From Flavobacteriales bacterium UBA3364 (lineage in GTDB: Bacteria; Bacteroidota; Bacteroidia; Flavobacteriales_F; PHOS-HE28), in contig DEQO01000055.1 of the NCBI GenBank assembly GCA_002360495.1, positions 25,645-89,644 of the forward strand: a DNA stretch of 64,000 nt, given 5' to 3'. Below are positions 39,108 through 48,237 of the stretch, piece by piece; position 1 is the first letter of the stretch, and every line of letters starts with the position of its first letter. A program made the translations under genes and the position numbers. Below the pieces are notes generated by a model. The model ran no database searches, had not been told where the DNA came from, and was given only the letters and a program-made list of their open reading frames with translations.

Positions 39108-39422
39108 ATGATCCACGTCACATTCCAGACCCGCACGGTGGCGGCAGCAGAGAAACTTGCCGCCCACCTGATGGAGAAGCATCTGCTGCTGTTCCCCACG
39201 ATGGACACGGACCATGAGGAACTCCTCTGGGCCGGGGGCAAATTGACCCGCACCAGCCAGTTGCTTCTGCAGGGCATGACCAAGGCGCTGCTCTACCGGG
39301 AACTCGAGCGCGAAGCGATGTCACTTCTGGGCCACGATCTGGTGCGCATGCATGCAGTACCGGTCACCAACATGGACCCCGAGGCGCAGCGCCAGCTGCT
39401 CGAGCAGACCGCCAAAGTGTGA
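39108..39422 (+). CDS. Small cytoplasmic protein, CutA-like (PII-like fold) - tentative
   Basis: 104 aa. MIHVTFQTRTVAAAEKLAAHLMEKHLL...LLWAGGKLTRTSQLLLQGMTK...HAVPVTN resembles CutA1 spacing (Y-W-x-G-K, KTT, HPY..PE..LP) but is diverged. Confidence 0.45.
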   Translation: MIHVTFQTRTVAAAEKLAAHLMEKHLLLFPTMDTDHEELLWAGGKLTRTSQLLLQGMTKALLYRELEREAMSLLGHDLVRMHAVPVTNMDPEAQRQLLEQTAKV

Positions 39423-40663
39423 GATCCATGCAACGCGCAGCCCTTCTGCCGCTCATACTTACGGCCGCGCTTACGGCTGTTGGACAGATCAACAATCGCC
39501 TGGAGTCCATCCAACTGATACAGCAGGGCGACATGCAAGTGCGCCTGGGCAACAGTGAACAGGCGTTGCTCTCGTACACCAATGCCATCCAGAAGGACAT
39601 GGCGTTCGCTGATGCGTACATGAAACGCGGCGCTCTGCTCAGCCGGCTGGGCCAGTACACCCAGGCGTTGTCCGACATGGACCGCGCGCTGGAATTGAAC
39701 CCGTACAGCGAATACATCCACGACCGGAGGGCCAAGGTGAAGATCCTGGCGAATGATGTGAAGGGCGCCGTGGACGATCTCGATCGGGCCGTTTCCATGG
39801 ACCCCTACAACAACCTGCTGCGCGAAAGCCGCATCGATGCGCTCATCGCGCAAGGGGAGACGGACAAGGCGATCGCCGAACTGGATACCCTACTGAAGCG
39901 CTCGCCCGGGGATGTGCTGCTGCTTCTCAAGAAAGGGACCACGTTCCTCGAGAGCGGCGACGCGGTGATGGCGATGGGGATGTTCGATCGCGCGCTCGAG
40001 GTATCTCCCCGACTGGCCATCGTGCATGACCTGCGCGGCGTGTCCCTGATGCGCCAACAGCGCTGGACGGAAGCTCTTTCCGCATTGGACCAGGCCATCA
40101 CCATCGATGAGAGCTTCGACCTGGCCTGGTACAACCGCGGCCTGGTACATCGCAAACTCGGCCACACGGAAGCATCACGGGCGGACATGGACATGGCGCT
40201 ACAACTGGCCCAGGACAAGCCCCACATGTTCTTCCAACGCGCCTTGTGCCGCAAGCGGAACGGCGACCTGTCCGGAGCCAGGGACGACTACGACAAGGCC
40301 TTGGAACTCGCGCCGGATTACCTGGAGGCACAATACAACCGGGCCTTCGTTCGCAAGCAGTTGGGGGACCACGCGGGCGCCTTCGCCGATGTGGACAAGG
40401 CTCTCGCCCTATCGCCGGACGACCCTGATGCCTGGACCATGAAGGGCAGCCTGCACCTGCTGTACGGTGAGTACAATGATGCCATCGAGCACTTCGACCG
40501 GGCCATCGGACTCAGCGCCGATCATGCGAACGCGCTGTACAACCGTGGCCTCTCCTACCACATGACCTACCAGCCTTTGCGCGGGTGCGAGGATATGCGT
40601 CGCGCATCGGAGATGGGGTCGCAGAAAGCGGCCGACGCCTTGACCTACTTCTGTTCGTTCTGA
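39419..40663 (+). CDS. Secreted TPR-repeat protein
   Basis: 414 aa with a signal peptide and ~10 TPR units (AFADAYMKRGALLSRLGQY, AWYNRGLVHRKLGH, ALYNRGLSYHM). Confidence 0.8.
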   Translation: MRSMQRAALLPLILTAALTAVGQINNRLESIQLIQQGDMQVRLGNSEQALLSYTNAIQKDMAFADAYMKRGALLSRLGQYTQALSDMDRALELNPYSEYIHDRRAKVKILANDVKGAVDDLDRAVSMDPYNNLLRESRIDALIAQGETDKAIAELDTLLKRSPGDVLLLLKKGTTFLESGDAVMAMGMFDRALEVSPRLAIVHDLRGVSLMRQQRWTEALSALDQAITIDESFDLAWYNRGLVHRKLGHTEASRADMDMALQLAQDKPHMFFQRALCRKRNGDLSGARDDYDKALELAPDYLEAQYNRAFVRKQLGDHAGAFADVDKALALSPDDPDAWTMKGSLHLLYGEYNDAIEHFDRAIGLSADHANALYNRGLSYHMTYQPLRGCEDMRRASEMGSQKAADALTYFCSF

Positions 40664-40682
40664 ACCGCGGAAGCACTTCAGA

Positions 40683-41204
40683 ATGGAGCACTTCATTTCC
40701 ACGCACGGCCCGCAGATCATTGAGACGGCGATCGCCTTGATCGTCTTCATCGCCATCCGCTATGGCGTGCGATACGCCAAGCAGGCCATGGTGGTGAAGG
40801 CCATGGCCAAGTCCAGCGAATCCAGGGAAGTCGGCCGCATCGTCGATCTGCTATTGATGCTCGTCGCGGGCGTGGTCTTCACTGCGATCTGGGGAGTGAA
40901 GCAGAGCGAGCTGCTGATCTTCGCCACCTCTGTCATCACCGTATTGGGCATCGGCTTCTTCGCCGAGATGTCGATCCTCTCGAACATCACCGCTTTCCTC
41001 GTGCTCTTCTTCCAACACCCCGTGAAGGTCGGCGACCGCATCATGATCAACGACGGCACGGCGGACATCGAGGGTGAACTGGTCGACCTCACTTACTTCT
41101 TCGCGCACATCCGCAAGGACAGCGGCAGCACGGTGACCATCCCGAATGCCGTGCTACTGAAAAGCCCGTTCACGATCACCCCTTCCGGACCACCAGGAAA
41201 ATGA
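40683..41204 (+). CDS. Small-conductance mechanosensitive channel (MscS-family) protein
   Basis: 173 aa with 2-3 TM helices, then VKVGDRIMINDGTADIEGELVDLTYFFAHIRKDSGSTVTIPNAVLL (MscS beta-domain). Confidence 0.65.
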   Translation: MEHFISTHGPQIIETAIALIVFIAIRYGVRYAKQAMVVKAMAKSSESREVGRIVDLLLMLVAGVVFTAIWGVKQSELLIFATSVITVLGIGFFAEMSILSNITAFLVLFFQHPVKVGDRIMINDGTADIEGELVDLTYFFAHIRKDSGSTVTIPNAVLLKSPFTITPSGPPGK

Positions 41205-41265
41205 CCCCTAGCCTACCTCCGGAGCTGACCTGATCACCAGTAAGCACTGGAGCAAATAGAGTATC

Positions 41266-41281
41266 GGGCGGCCGACCGCCC
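41266..41281 (+). terminator. GC hairpin GGGCGG-CCGA-CCGCCC downstream of the MscS-like gene
   Basis: Read from the sequence; no U-tract follows. Confidence 0.25.
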
Positions 41282-41362
41282 CACGGCAAGACCTCCATGA
41301 CGAAGCCCGAGCATGGAGATCATGGTCCGAACATTCGTACCTCGTTGTTCCTTTGAACGGTC

Positions 41363-41716
41363 ATGCGCATCATCTACCACCTCGGTACCTGCACCACCTG
41401 CCAAGCCATCCTCAAGACCATTCCGAACTTGAAGAGTTTCACCTTGCGCGAGATCAAGGGCGACCCGATCACCGCCGAGGAGTTGGACCACATGAAGAAG
41501 CTCGTGGGCAGCTATGGGGCGCTTTTTAGCCGGGTGGCACTGAAATACCGCGCGCTCGGATTGAACACGAAGAAGCTCACCGAGAAAGACTATCGCAAGT
41601 ACATGCTTCAGGAGTACACCTTCCTCAAACGGCCGGTGATGATCGTCGATGAGGTGATCCTGATCGGTAATGCACCGAAGGTGCGGCAGGCCATGGTTGA
41701 GTTAGCGAGTAACTAG
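41363..41716 (+). CDS. ArsC/Spx/YffB-family (arsenate-reductase-like) thioredoxin-fold protein
   Basis: 117 aa: MRIIYHLGTCTTCQ (CxxC near the N-terminus), ..FLKRPVMIVDEVILIGN; family-typical. Confidence 0.7.
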   Translation: MRIIYHLGTCTTCQAILKTIPNLKSFTLREIKGDPITAEELDHMKKLVGSYGALFSRVALKYRALGLNTKKLTEKDYRKYMLQEYTFLKRPVMIVDEVILIGNAPKVRQAMVELASN

Positions 41717-41722
41717 ACCAGC

Positions 41723-42775
41723 CTAGAACTCCTTTCGCGCCGTCATCATCTTGCACTGGCGATACACCCCATTCGCGTTGGTCACAGTAAGCTGATAGAC
41801 GTAGTTGCCAGAAGCGATGTCCAACGCATCCACGTCCACATGCACCGCATGGTCCCCTGCCTGAAGGCCCGGTCGCTGGATCGTGGCCGCCCGTTTCCCC
41901 GATGTGTCGAACAGCTCGATCATTATGTCGGCCGGGTTGGTCAATTTCACCGGTATCGCCGTGCTCCCGTAGTAAGGGTTCGGGTAGTTCTGCCCCAGCT
42001 TGAACTGGCCACCGGTCTCCGGTTCCAGAGCGAGAAGACCGGTATTCACGCTGCCGGAACCCTGTATCGTGGCTTCCAGGAACGAGTCGTACTCGCCGGT
42101 GGCCTCGTTGTAGTTGAGCGAACATTCCTGCAAGGCATAGTTGCTGCCGAAGATGCCGTCTTGCGATGGGCTCAGTGGATCGGCACCCCAAGTGGTGTAT
42201 GGGTCCACTGAGGTGAGTAACGCGTTCTTCGCTGCAGTAGGATAGCAGAACTGGGAGGTCACCTGCAACATGGAGTTGAGGTAGACCTGGAAATGGATAT
42301 GACAAGTGCGGCCAGGATACCAGCCCGGGAACTTGGTGAGGAACTCCACCTCGCCGTTGGCATCTGTCATCTGGATGCCTCGAAGAAAGCGAGCGTTAGT
42401 GTGGTTCTGCTGCCCGGAGTGTGCATTGGTGGTGTAGCCGCTGTAGTAGCCGTCCGCGTTGCAGTGCCAAATGTCGACCCGACAGTTCTGCATGGGCAGG
42501 CAGTTCGAGCTGCCGACGATGCGCAGCCGTACGCGATGATCGGCACCAAGCTGCTCCTCCCGGATGTCCGAACGGAAGTAGGTCTCGTTCCCGCTCAAGT
42601 CCAATGGATATGGGCCGGCCGTTTCCGAGGGGATCAATGCACACCCACCGCCCGGCATTGGCTGCGGTAACGGGCCATCGTCATGCGCCTCCAATGGGTG
42701 GCCGTGCGAAGCGCCGGGCAACATGGTGAGAAGACCGGCGGCGCCGGAGAGTCTGAGGAAGTCCTTGCGTTCCAT
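41723..42775 (-). CDS. Intradiol ring-cleavage dioxygenase-like protein with T9SS C-terminal sorting domain
   Basis: Listed ORF 41723..42958; ATG at 42775 gives MERKDFLRLSGAAGLLTMLPGASHG. Catalytic-core motifs RVDIWHCNADGYYSGY and GRTCHIHFQVY. C-terminal NYPNPYYGSTAIPVKL...YVYQLTV is a T9SS CTD. Confidence 0.75.
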   Translation of the reverse strand: MERKDFLRLSGAAGLLTMLPGASHGHPLEAHDDGPLPQPMPGGGCALIPSETAGPYPLDLSGNETYFRSDIREEQLGADHRVRLRIVGSSNCLPMQNCRVDIWHCNADGYYSGYTTNAHSGQQNHTNARFLRGIQMTDANGEVEFLTKFPGWYPGRTCHIHFQVYLNSMLQVTSQFCYPTAAKNALLTSVDPYTTWGADPLSPSQDGIFGSNYALQECSLNYNEATGEYDSFLEATIQGSGSVNTGLLALEPETGGQFKLGQNYPNPYYGSTAIPVKLTNPADIMIELFDTSGKRAATIQRPGLQAGDHAVHVDVDALDIASGNYVYQLTVTNANGVYRQCKMMTARKEF

Positions 42776-42977
42776 GAGGGTTCTTGTGTTACAGATGACA
42801 CGGGCCGCAGCCACTTGATCTCGTGGGTACAAGTTGCATCCGGTCCGAACCCTTGTCGCAGGAATTCGACGTACCGTAGAATGCCCCCAGCAGACCAGGG
42901 TGGAATGGCGATGGATGGCCCATGTGCGGATCATGGTTCGCAACCTAGCGTCATGCACCCCGTATTTTTACCCCACG

Positions 42978-44441
42978 ATGCTGAAACAAGGCCTTTTCCA
43001 GAAGCTGCAGCAGAAACTGTCACCGCAGCAGATCCAATTGATGAAGCTGTTGCAGGTGCCCACCGTGGAACTGGAGCAACGCATCAAGCAAGAAATGGAG
43101 GAGAATCCTGCCTTGGAAGAGGGGGAAGATCATGCCGAAGAGCAGGAGCCAACGGAAGAGCAAGCCATCTCCGACAGTCAGGAGAGCGAGGGGAACGAGG
43201 AGAATGAGCGGGATGATTTCGATATGAGCGACTATTTCCAGGATGACGACACCCCGGACTACAAGCTGAGCGTGAAGAACAGCGGCCCCGATGAAGAGGA
43301 CCGTGAAATGCCCCTTGCCGGTGGGACCACCTTCCAGGACGCGATGAAGGCACAACTTTCCCTGCGTGACACCGATGATCGCCTGGCCCTGCTTGCGGAA
43401 CACCTGATCGGAAACTTGGACGAGGACGGCTACCTGCGCCGTGATCTTGATTCCATCGTCAACGACCTTGCCTTCACCCAGAACGTGATCTGCGACAAGG
43501 CCGAACTGGCCAAGGCCTTGAAAGAACTGCAATCCCTGGACCCGGCCGGAGTGGCCGCGCGCGACCTGCGGGAATGCCTGCTGCTGCAAGTGGACCGCCT
43601 CCCGCATAGCCTGGAGCAACGCGTGGCGCACGAGATCCTCGACAAGAATTTCGAGGCCTTCAGCAAAAAGCACTACGACCGCATCCTGGACCGCCTGGAG
43701 ATCGATGAGGAAGCACTGAAAGGTGCGATCGATCTGATCGTCCACCTGAACCCGAAACCGGGAAACACGATGCGGGAGACCGACAAGCCCGCGCAGGAGA
43801 TCATCCCTGATTTCGCCGTGATGGCCATAGACGGGCAACTGGAACTGTCCCTGAACGGACGCAATGCTCCCGAGCTCCGCATCAGCCGCACCTACCGCGA
43901 GATGATCCAGGAGTACAGCCGGAACAAGAAGGACAAGGACCAGCGTGAGGCCCTTCAATTCATCAAGCAGAAACTGGACAGCGCCAAGTGGTTCATCGAC
44001 GCCATCAAGCAGCGTCAGAACACCCTGTTGGTGACCATGGAGGCCATCATGGAACACCAGCGCGAGTTCTTCCTTTCCGGCGACGAGACCAAGTTGAAGC
44101 CGATGATCCTGAAGGACATCGCCGAACGCGTGGGGCTTGACATCAGCACGATCAGCCGCGTGGCCAACAGCAAGTACGTGCAAACGAACTACGGCACCTT
44201 CCTGCTGAAGTTCTTCTTCAGCGAGAGCCTCACCAACGATGCCGGTGAGGAAGTGAGTACACGCGAGGTGAAGAAGATCCTGAAGGATGCCATCGAGGCC
44301 GAGGAAAAACGCAAGCCGCTCACCGATGACGAACTCACCGCGCTGCTCACCAGCAAGGGTTACAACATCGCGCGTCGGACCGTGGCGAAATACAGAGAGC
44401 AGCTGAACATCCCTGTGGCACGACTGCGCAAGGAACTCTGA
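42978..44441 (+). CDS. rpoN: RNA polymerase sigma-54 factor
   Basis: Listed ORF 42834..44441; ATG at 42978 gives MLKQGLFQKLQQKLSPQQIQLMKLLQVPTVELEQRIKQEMEENPALEE. Acidic region II; HTH; C-terminal RpoN box ARRTVAKYREQLNIP. Confidence 0.9.
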   Translation: MLKQGLFQKLQQKLSPQQIQLMKLLQVPTVELEQRIKQEMEENPALEEGEDHAEEQEPTEEQAISDSQESEGNEENERDDFDMSDYFQDDDTPDYKLSVKNSGPDEEDREMPLAGGTTFQDAMKAQLSLRDTDDRLALLAEHLIGNLDEDGYLRRDLDSIVNDLAFTQNVICDKAELAKALKELQSLDPAGVAARDLRECLLLQVDRLPHSLEQRVAHEILDKNFEAFSKKHYDRILDRLEIDEEALKGAIDLIVHLNPKPGNTMRETDKPAQEIIPDFAVMAIDGQLELSLNGRNAPELRISRTYREMIQEYSRNKKDKDQREALQFIKQKLDSAKWFIDAIKQRQNTLLVTMEAIMEHQREFFLSGDETKLKPMILKDIAERVGLDISTISRVANSKYVQTNYGTFLLKFFFSESLTNDAGEEVSTREVKKILKDAIEAEEKRKPLTDDELTALLTSKGYNIARRTVAKYREQLNIPVARLRKEL

Positions 44442-44449
44442 GCGGCCGT

Positions 44450-45067
44450 ATGCGCGCACTGGCCCGCTTCCTTTCCATTGTCCTGCATCCCCTGGTGATG
44501 CCCACCTGCACGGTCTGGCTGGCCTTGTACGTGGATCCGCAATTGGGCTATTTCCTGCCTCAGCCCTCCCGCTGGACGCTTATCGGCATGCTGGCCTTGA
44601 TGACCATCCTCTTCCCCATCACCAGCGCCTTCCTTCTGCTGCGCTCAGGATCGATCACGAGCCTGGAAATGCCCACCCGGCAGGAGCGCATCGCCCCCCT
44701 GGTCATGACCTTGGTCTACTATGGCATGGCCTACTACCTCCTGCGCCAAGCACCGCTGCATCCTGCGATCAGCGGCGCGTTCATGGGGATCCTGGCCGCA
44801 CTGCTGCTCACGGTGCTGATCACCCTGCGATGGAAGATCAGCGCACACATGGTGGGCATCGGTGGCCTCATCGGTGCCATCACGGGCATCGCCACCATCC
44901 ACGGGATCCCCCTGCTCATCTTCATCGCTGGGCTCACGCTTCTGGCCGGTCTCCTGGCCACTGCACGCTTGCTGACCAGCGACCACACCCAGGGCCAGGT
45001 CCTCGCCGGGGCTACGCTGGGTTGGTGTTGCACCTATACGTGCATCGTACTGGGTTGGGCGATCTGA
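44450..45067 (+). CDS. Polytopic membrane protein (possible PAP2-like phosphatase fold; weak)
   Basis: 205 aa with 5-6 TM helices and SAH / SDH motifs loosely resembling PAP2 motifs 2-3; function uncertain. 8 nt downstream of rpoN. Confidence 0.55.
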   Translation: MRALARFLSIVLHPLVMPTCTVWLALYVDPQLGYFLPQPSRWTLIGMLALMTILFPITSAFLLLRSGSITSLEMPTRQERIAPLVMTLVYYGMAYYLLRQAPLHPAISGAFMGILAALLLTVLITLRWKISAHMVGIGGLIGAITGIATIHGIPLLIFIAGLTLLAGLLATARLLTSDHTQGQVLAGATLGWCCTYTCIVLGWAI

Positions 45068-45272
45068 GCCCATCACGGGTCATGCGATCGTCCACGCATC
45101 GGCACTTGGGGCAAGATGGTCCCTAAGTCCGGTGAATATGGCTACAGCCCCACTGGTCCGCCTGGCATTGACCGGTCAACTGATAATGATCACCATGCAC
45201 AGCGACGGCTTCTGCATGTTCGACACGAAGTCCACGGAGAACCGCTGACCGTTGCCGCCTTGCAGAAGTTCA

Positions 45273-45383
45273 CACGTGATGGCCGCGATGCGGTGACCTC
45301 GGCGTGCCGTGGGAGAATTGCGTGCCAATGGGCAAGCTGTAGATACCCCGGTGGATGAAGATGCCCAGCTTGGTGTCCTGGAA
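45273..45383 (-). pseudogene. Remnant of a GH29 alpha-L-fucosidase gene (stop-delimited, frameshifted fragment)
   Basis: Minus-strand translation FQDTKLGIFIHRGIYSLPIGTQFSHGT matches the GH29 signature AKFGIFIHWGVYSVPAW (W->R is a single T->C change). It is bounded by stops on both sides. A +1 frame downstream reads RFSVDFVSNMQKP, resembling GH29 FGYKDFIPMFKAE. The 500-bp gap 45067..45571 is otherwise gene-free. Confidence 0.25.
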
Positions 45384-45570
45384 TCAGCGCAGTCCGTGCC
45401 GTGCGGCCTCTTGCGCCTGGAGGGGCGACAAGGCAGAAACCCGACCCGACAACAAGCAGTACCGCATCGCCTTCATGGTCCGTGACGCGGTCCCGGTCGA
45501 TGACCTACCAACCGCAACAAAGTAGGTGCTTCCACATTTCCCGGGCAAAGCGGGATCTTCGTCCCGCTCC

Positions 45571-47367
45571 ATGCATCTACGTCGGTCCCCTTCTTTGTTC
45601 ATCGTATGGGCGATGGTCCTGATCGTCGCCATCGTTTCGATCCGCGGCGCTTGGTACGGCCAGGACGGCGAGGCTTGGAAACAGACCATACGGAGCGATG
45701 CAAAAGGGTACTACGGTTATCTGCAAGCCCTGTTCATTCGCAATGATCTGGGACACGAGGCCTTTGTATCGGAGTACACCCAGTACACCCCGACCGGCAC
45801 GCTCAACAAGTATTTCTGCGGCACCAGCCTGATGATGGCCCCATGGTTCGGCATCGGTCACGCGCTCGCCATGAACGACCCTGCGCAGCCTCAGGACGGC
45901 ACCAGCGCCTACGAGCAGAAGTCGATCGCCGTTGGCGCCTGGTGCTACCTGCTTCTTGGGCTGCTTGCGCTCCGCGCCTTGCTGCGCGGGCTCGGGATCC
46001 GTGACGGTGTTGTGGCCTGGACCCTTCTGGGGCTTTCGCTCGGCACCCCGTTGATCCAATACGCGGCCATGCAACCGGGTTGGTCACACGTCTATTCGTT
46101 CTGCGTGATCAGTGCGTTCCTGCTAGGGGTGCATCGGATCGATACCACTGGTTCCAGGGCCTGGCTTGTTGCCTCTGCGGCCTTGCTGGCCATCGTCATC
46201 ATCATCCGACCGGTGAACGCCATGGTCCTGTTCGCTGTTCCCATTGTCGCAGGCGCGCGTACCCTGTCGATGCTGAAAGCCGTTCTCCTCCGCTGGCGCG
46301 TACTGCTCGTCGCACTGTTCGTGTTCTGCGCCCTCGTCGCACTGCAACCGCTGCTCTGGCACGCGCAAACGGGCAATTGGTTCGAATGGGGCTACCAAGG
46401 CGAGGGATTCCATTGGACCCGGCCCGAGGTCGTGAAGGTCCTGTTCGGTTTCCGACGCGGACTGTTCCTCTGGACACCCTTGATGCTGCTCGTGGCCCTG
46501 GGGACCTTCGCGATCTGGCGATCGGACCATTGGCGCAGTGCGTGGACCATCATCTATTGGACCATCTGCACCTACATCATCAGCAGTTGGTGGATCTGGT
46601 ACTACGGCGGGGGCTTTGCCAGTCGTGTGTACATCGACCACTATCCTGTGTTGGTGATCCCCATGGTATTGATGCTCCAGCACTGGTCCGGTCCGAAGTG
46701 GACCATCGCGCGGGTCTTCATCCTCGGTTGCATCGCATTGAACCTGGCCCAGCTATGGCAGTACCACCATGGCCTCATCCATCACGAGTGCATGGACCGT
46801 GAGAAATATGCCTACACATTCCTCCGGTTCGACGACGCGCGCAAGGACCGGCTTGGTGGCAACTACCAAACGGCACCGTTCAATCCCAATGGTATGGACA
46901 TCGTCCTGGAGGAGTCGTGCGGAATGGATGACACGTGCACGTTCTGGACCGGTGGCAAACGGGTACAATGGGAGTGGGCCTATACTCCGTCAACGGTTTG
47001 CCAGTTCGATCGATCAACGGATTTCGGCATTCTTTTCAAGGCAGGTACCGACACCTTACCAGTTGGGCGGGCACTGTTCCTGGAAGTGGGCCTACAGCGT
47101 TTCGATGCGCGTCTTGAGGGCTCCCTGCACGCGTTGGGCGTCACGCAACTGCGTAACGCCAGGGATTCGGTCTACTTCTACGAGCCCTTCCCCTTGAACC
47201 CATTGCCAGGAACACCGGGGATCTGGGAGCAACTGGAGTACCGTATCCCTGTGCCCCCGCTTTCCGAGGGGGATCAACTGAGCTTCTATTTCTGGAACAA
47301 GGATAAGCGCGCAGAGTTCCTTGTCGATGACGTGTTCATGCGCGTTTCCGCCGTAAGACCCTATTGA
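45571..47367 (+). CDS. Large polytopic membrane protein, possible GT-C-fold glycosyltransferase (tentative)
   Basis: Listed ORF 45526..47367; ATG at 45571 gives MHLRRSPSLFIVWAMVLIVAIV. About 12 TM helices in the N-terminal 400 aa, then a ~200-aa soluble C-terminal domain. No diagnostic motif recognised with certainty. Confidence 0.6.
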   Translation: MHLRRSPSLFIVWAMVLIVAIVSIRGAWYGQDGEAWKQTIRSDAKGYYGYLQALFIRNDLGHEAFVSEYTQYTPTGTLNKYFCGTSLMMAPWFGIGHALAMNDPAQPQDGTSAYEQKSIAVGAWCYLLLGLLALRALLRGLGIRDGVVAWTLLGLSLGTPLIQYAAMQPGWSHVYSFCVISAFLLGVHRIDTTGSRAWLVASAALLAIVIIIRPVNAMVLFAVPIVAGARTLSMLKAVLLRWRVLLVALFVFCALVALQPLLWHAQTGNWFEWGYQGEGFHWTRPEVVKVLFGFRRGLFLWTPLMLLVALGTFAIWRSDHWRSAWTIIYWTICTYIISSWWIWYYGGGFASRVYIDHYPVLVIPMVLMLQHWSGPKWTIARVFILGCIALNLAQLWQYHHGLIHHECMDREKYAYTFLRFDDARKDRLGGNYQTAPFNPNGMDIVLEESCGMDDTCTFWTGGKRVQWEWAYTPSTVCQFDRSTDFGILFKAGTDTLPVGRALFLEVGLQRFDARLEGSLHALGVTQLRNARDSVYFYEPFPLNPLPGTPGIWEQLEYRIPVPPLSEGDQLSFYFWNKDKRAEFLVDDVFMRVSAVRPY

Positions 47368-47452
47368 ACCGGGTACCGGGCCTGGAGCCGTACTGGGAAG
47401 AATGGTGCGCCGTAGCCCGTACGTGTCGGGCTCGCAAGAGCACAGGCGGTAG

Positions 47453-47528
47453 TGGTGGGCCCAGCAGGATTTGAACCTGCGACCAAGGGATTATGAGTCC
47501 CCTGCTCTGACCGCTGAGCTATGGGCCC
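47453..47528 (-). tRNA. tRNA-Met (anticodon CAT), elongator type (could alternatively be tRNA-Ile2 with lysidine)
   Basis: Reverse complement gives GGGCCCATAGCTCAGCGGTCAGAGCAGGGGACTCATAATCCCTTGGTCGCAGGTTCAAATCCTGCTGGGCCCACCA. 7-bp acceptor with G1-C72 (so not an initiator), D stem GCTC/GAGC, anticodon loop CUCAUAA, T-loop TTCAAAT, encoded CCA. Confidence 0.9.
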
Positions 47529-47588
47529 GATGCCCCGCAGATGACCTGCGGGAGCGCGAAAATAGCCCGGCGGACATGAAGCCTAGTT

Positions 47589-48233
47589 TTGCCGACCGTG
47601 CGGAACCACTACGACACCATTCTCCTCGACCTCGGCGGCGTGCTCATTGATGTGGACTATCATGCCACGGCCAAGGCCTTCCGGGATCTCGGGCATCTTG
47701 ATTTCGAACGACTTTACAGCAAGGCCCGGCAAGACCATCTCTTCGATGGTTTCGAGACCGGTGCCCTTTCACCCGCACAATTCCGCGATCGTATCCGGAC
47801 CCTCCTGGACCCTTCGCTGACCGATACCGTCATCGACACGAACTGGAACGCGATGCTGGGTAGCATCCCGCAGGAACGCATCCAAATGATCCATCGGCTG
47901 AAGGAACGGTACCGCGTTTTGCTCCTGAGCAATACCAACGCGATCCATGTGCCTGCGTTCGAGGCGATCATCGCCCACGGGAATGGCATCCCGGACTTCA
48001 AGGCCCTGTTCCATGGGGCTTACTACAGTTGCGAGATCGGCTTGCGGAAACCGGATCCCGGATCGTTCCTCCATGTGCTCGATCGGCACGAAGCCGCCCC
48101 GTCACGCACGCTCTTCATTGACGATAGTATCCAACATGTCATTGGAGCGCGCCAAGCGGGTTTGCACGCCGAGCATCTGGAACTTGCCCGGGAGGATGTG
48201 CTAGGCCTGGCGCAGCGCCTTGCCCTGCTCTGA
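47589..48233 (+). CDS. HAD-superfamily hydrolase (subfamily IA)
   Basis: ORF begins with TTG 47589; GTG at 47598 would give MRNHYDTILLDLGGVLIDVD (HAD motif I DxGGVL). Motif II LLLSNT; motif IV LFIDDS. Confidence 0.75.
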   Translation: MPTVRNHYDTILLDLGGVLIDVDYHATAKAFRDLGHLDFERLYSKARQDHLFDGFETGALSPAQFRDRIRTLLDPSLTDTVIDTNWNAMLGSIPQERIQMIHRLKERYRVLLLSNTNAIHVPAFEAIIAHGNGIPDFKALFHGAYYSCEIGLRKPDPGSFLHVLDRHEAAPSRTLFIDDSIQHVIGARQAGLHAEHLELAREDVLGLAQRLALL

Positions 48234-48237
48234 ACCA

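Noticed and set aside
37628-39283. 551-aa minus ORF
   Set aside because: Antisense to the TolC-like gene and the CutA-like gene; no domain features.
43020-44459. 479-aa minus ORF
   Set aside because: Antisense to rpoN, which has unmistakable sigma-54 motifs.
47453-47528. Initiator tRNA-fMet
   Set aside because: G1-C72 is paired and the anticodon stem has only two of the three consecutive G-C pairs at positions 29-31, so it is an elongator Met (or Ile2-lysidine) tRNA.
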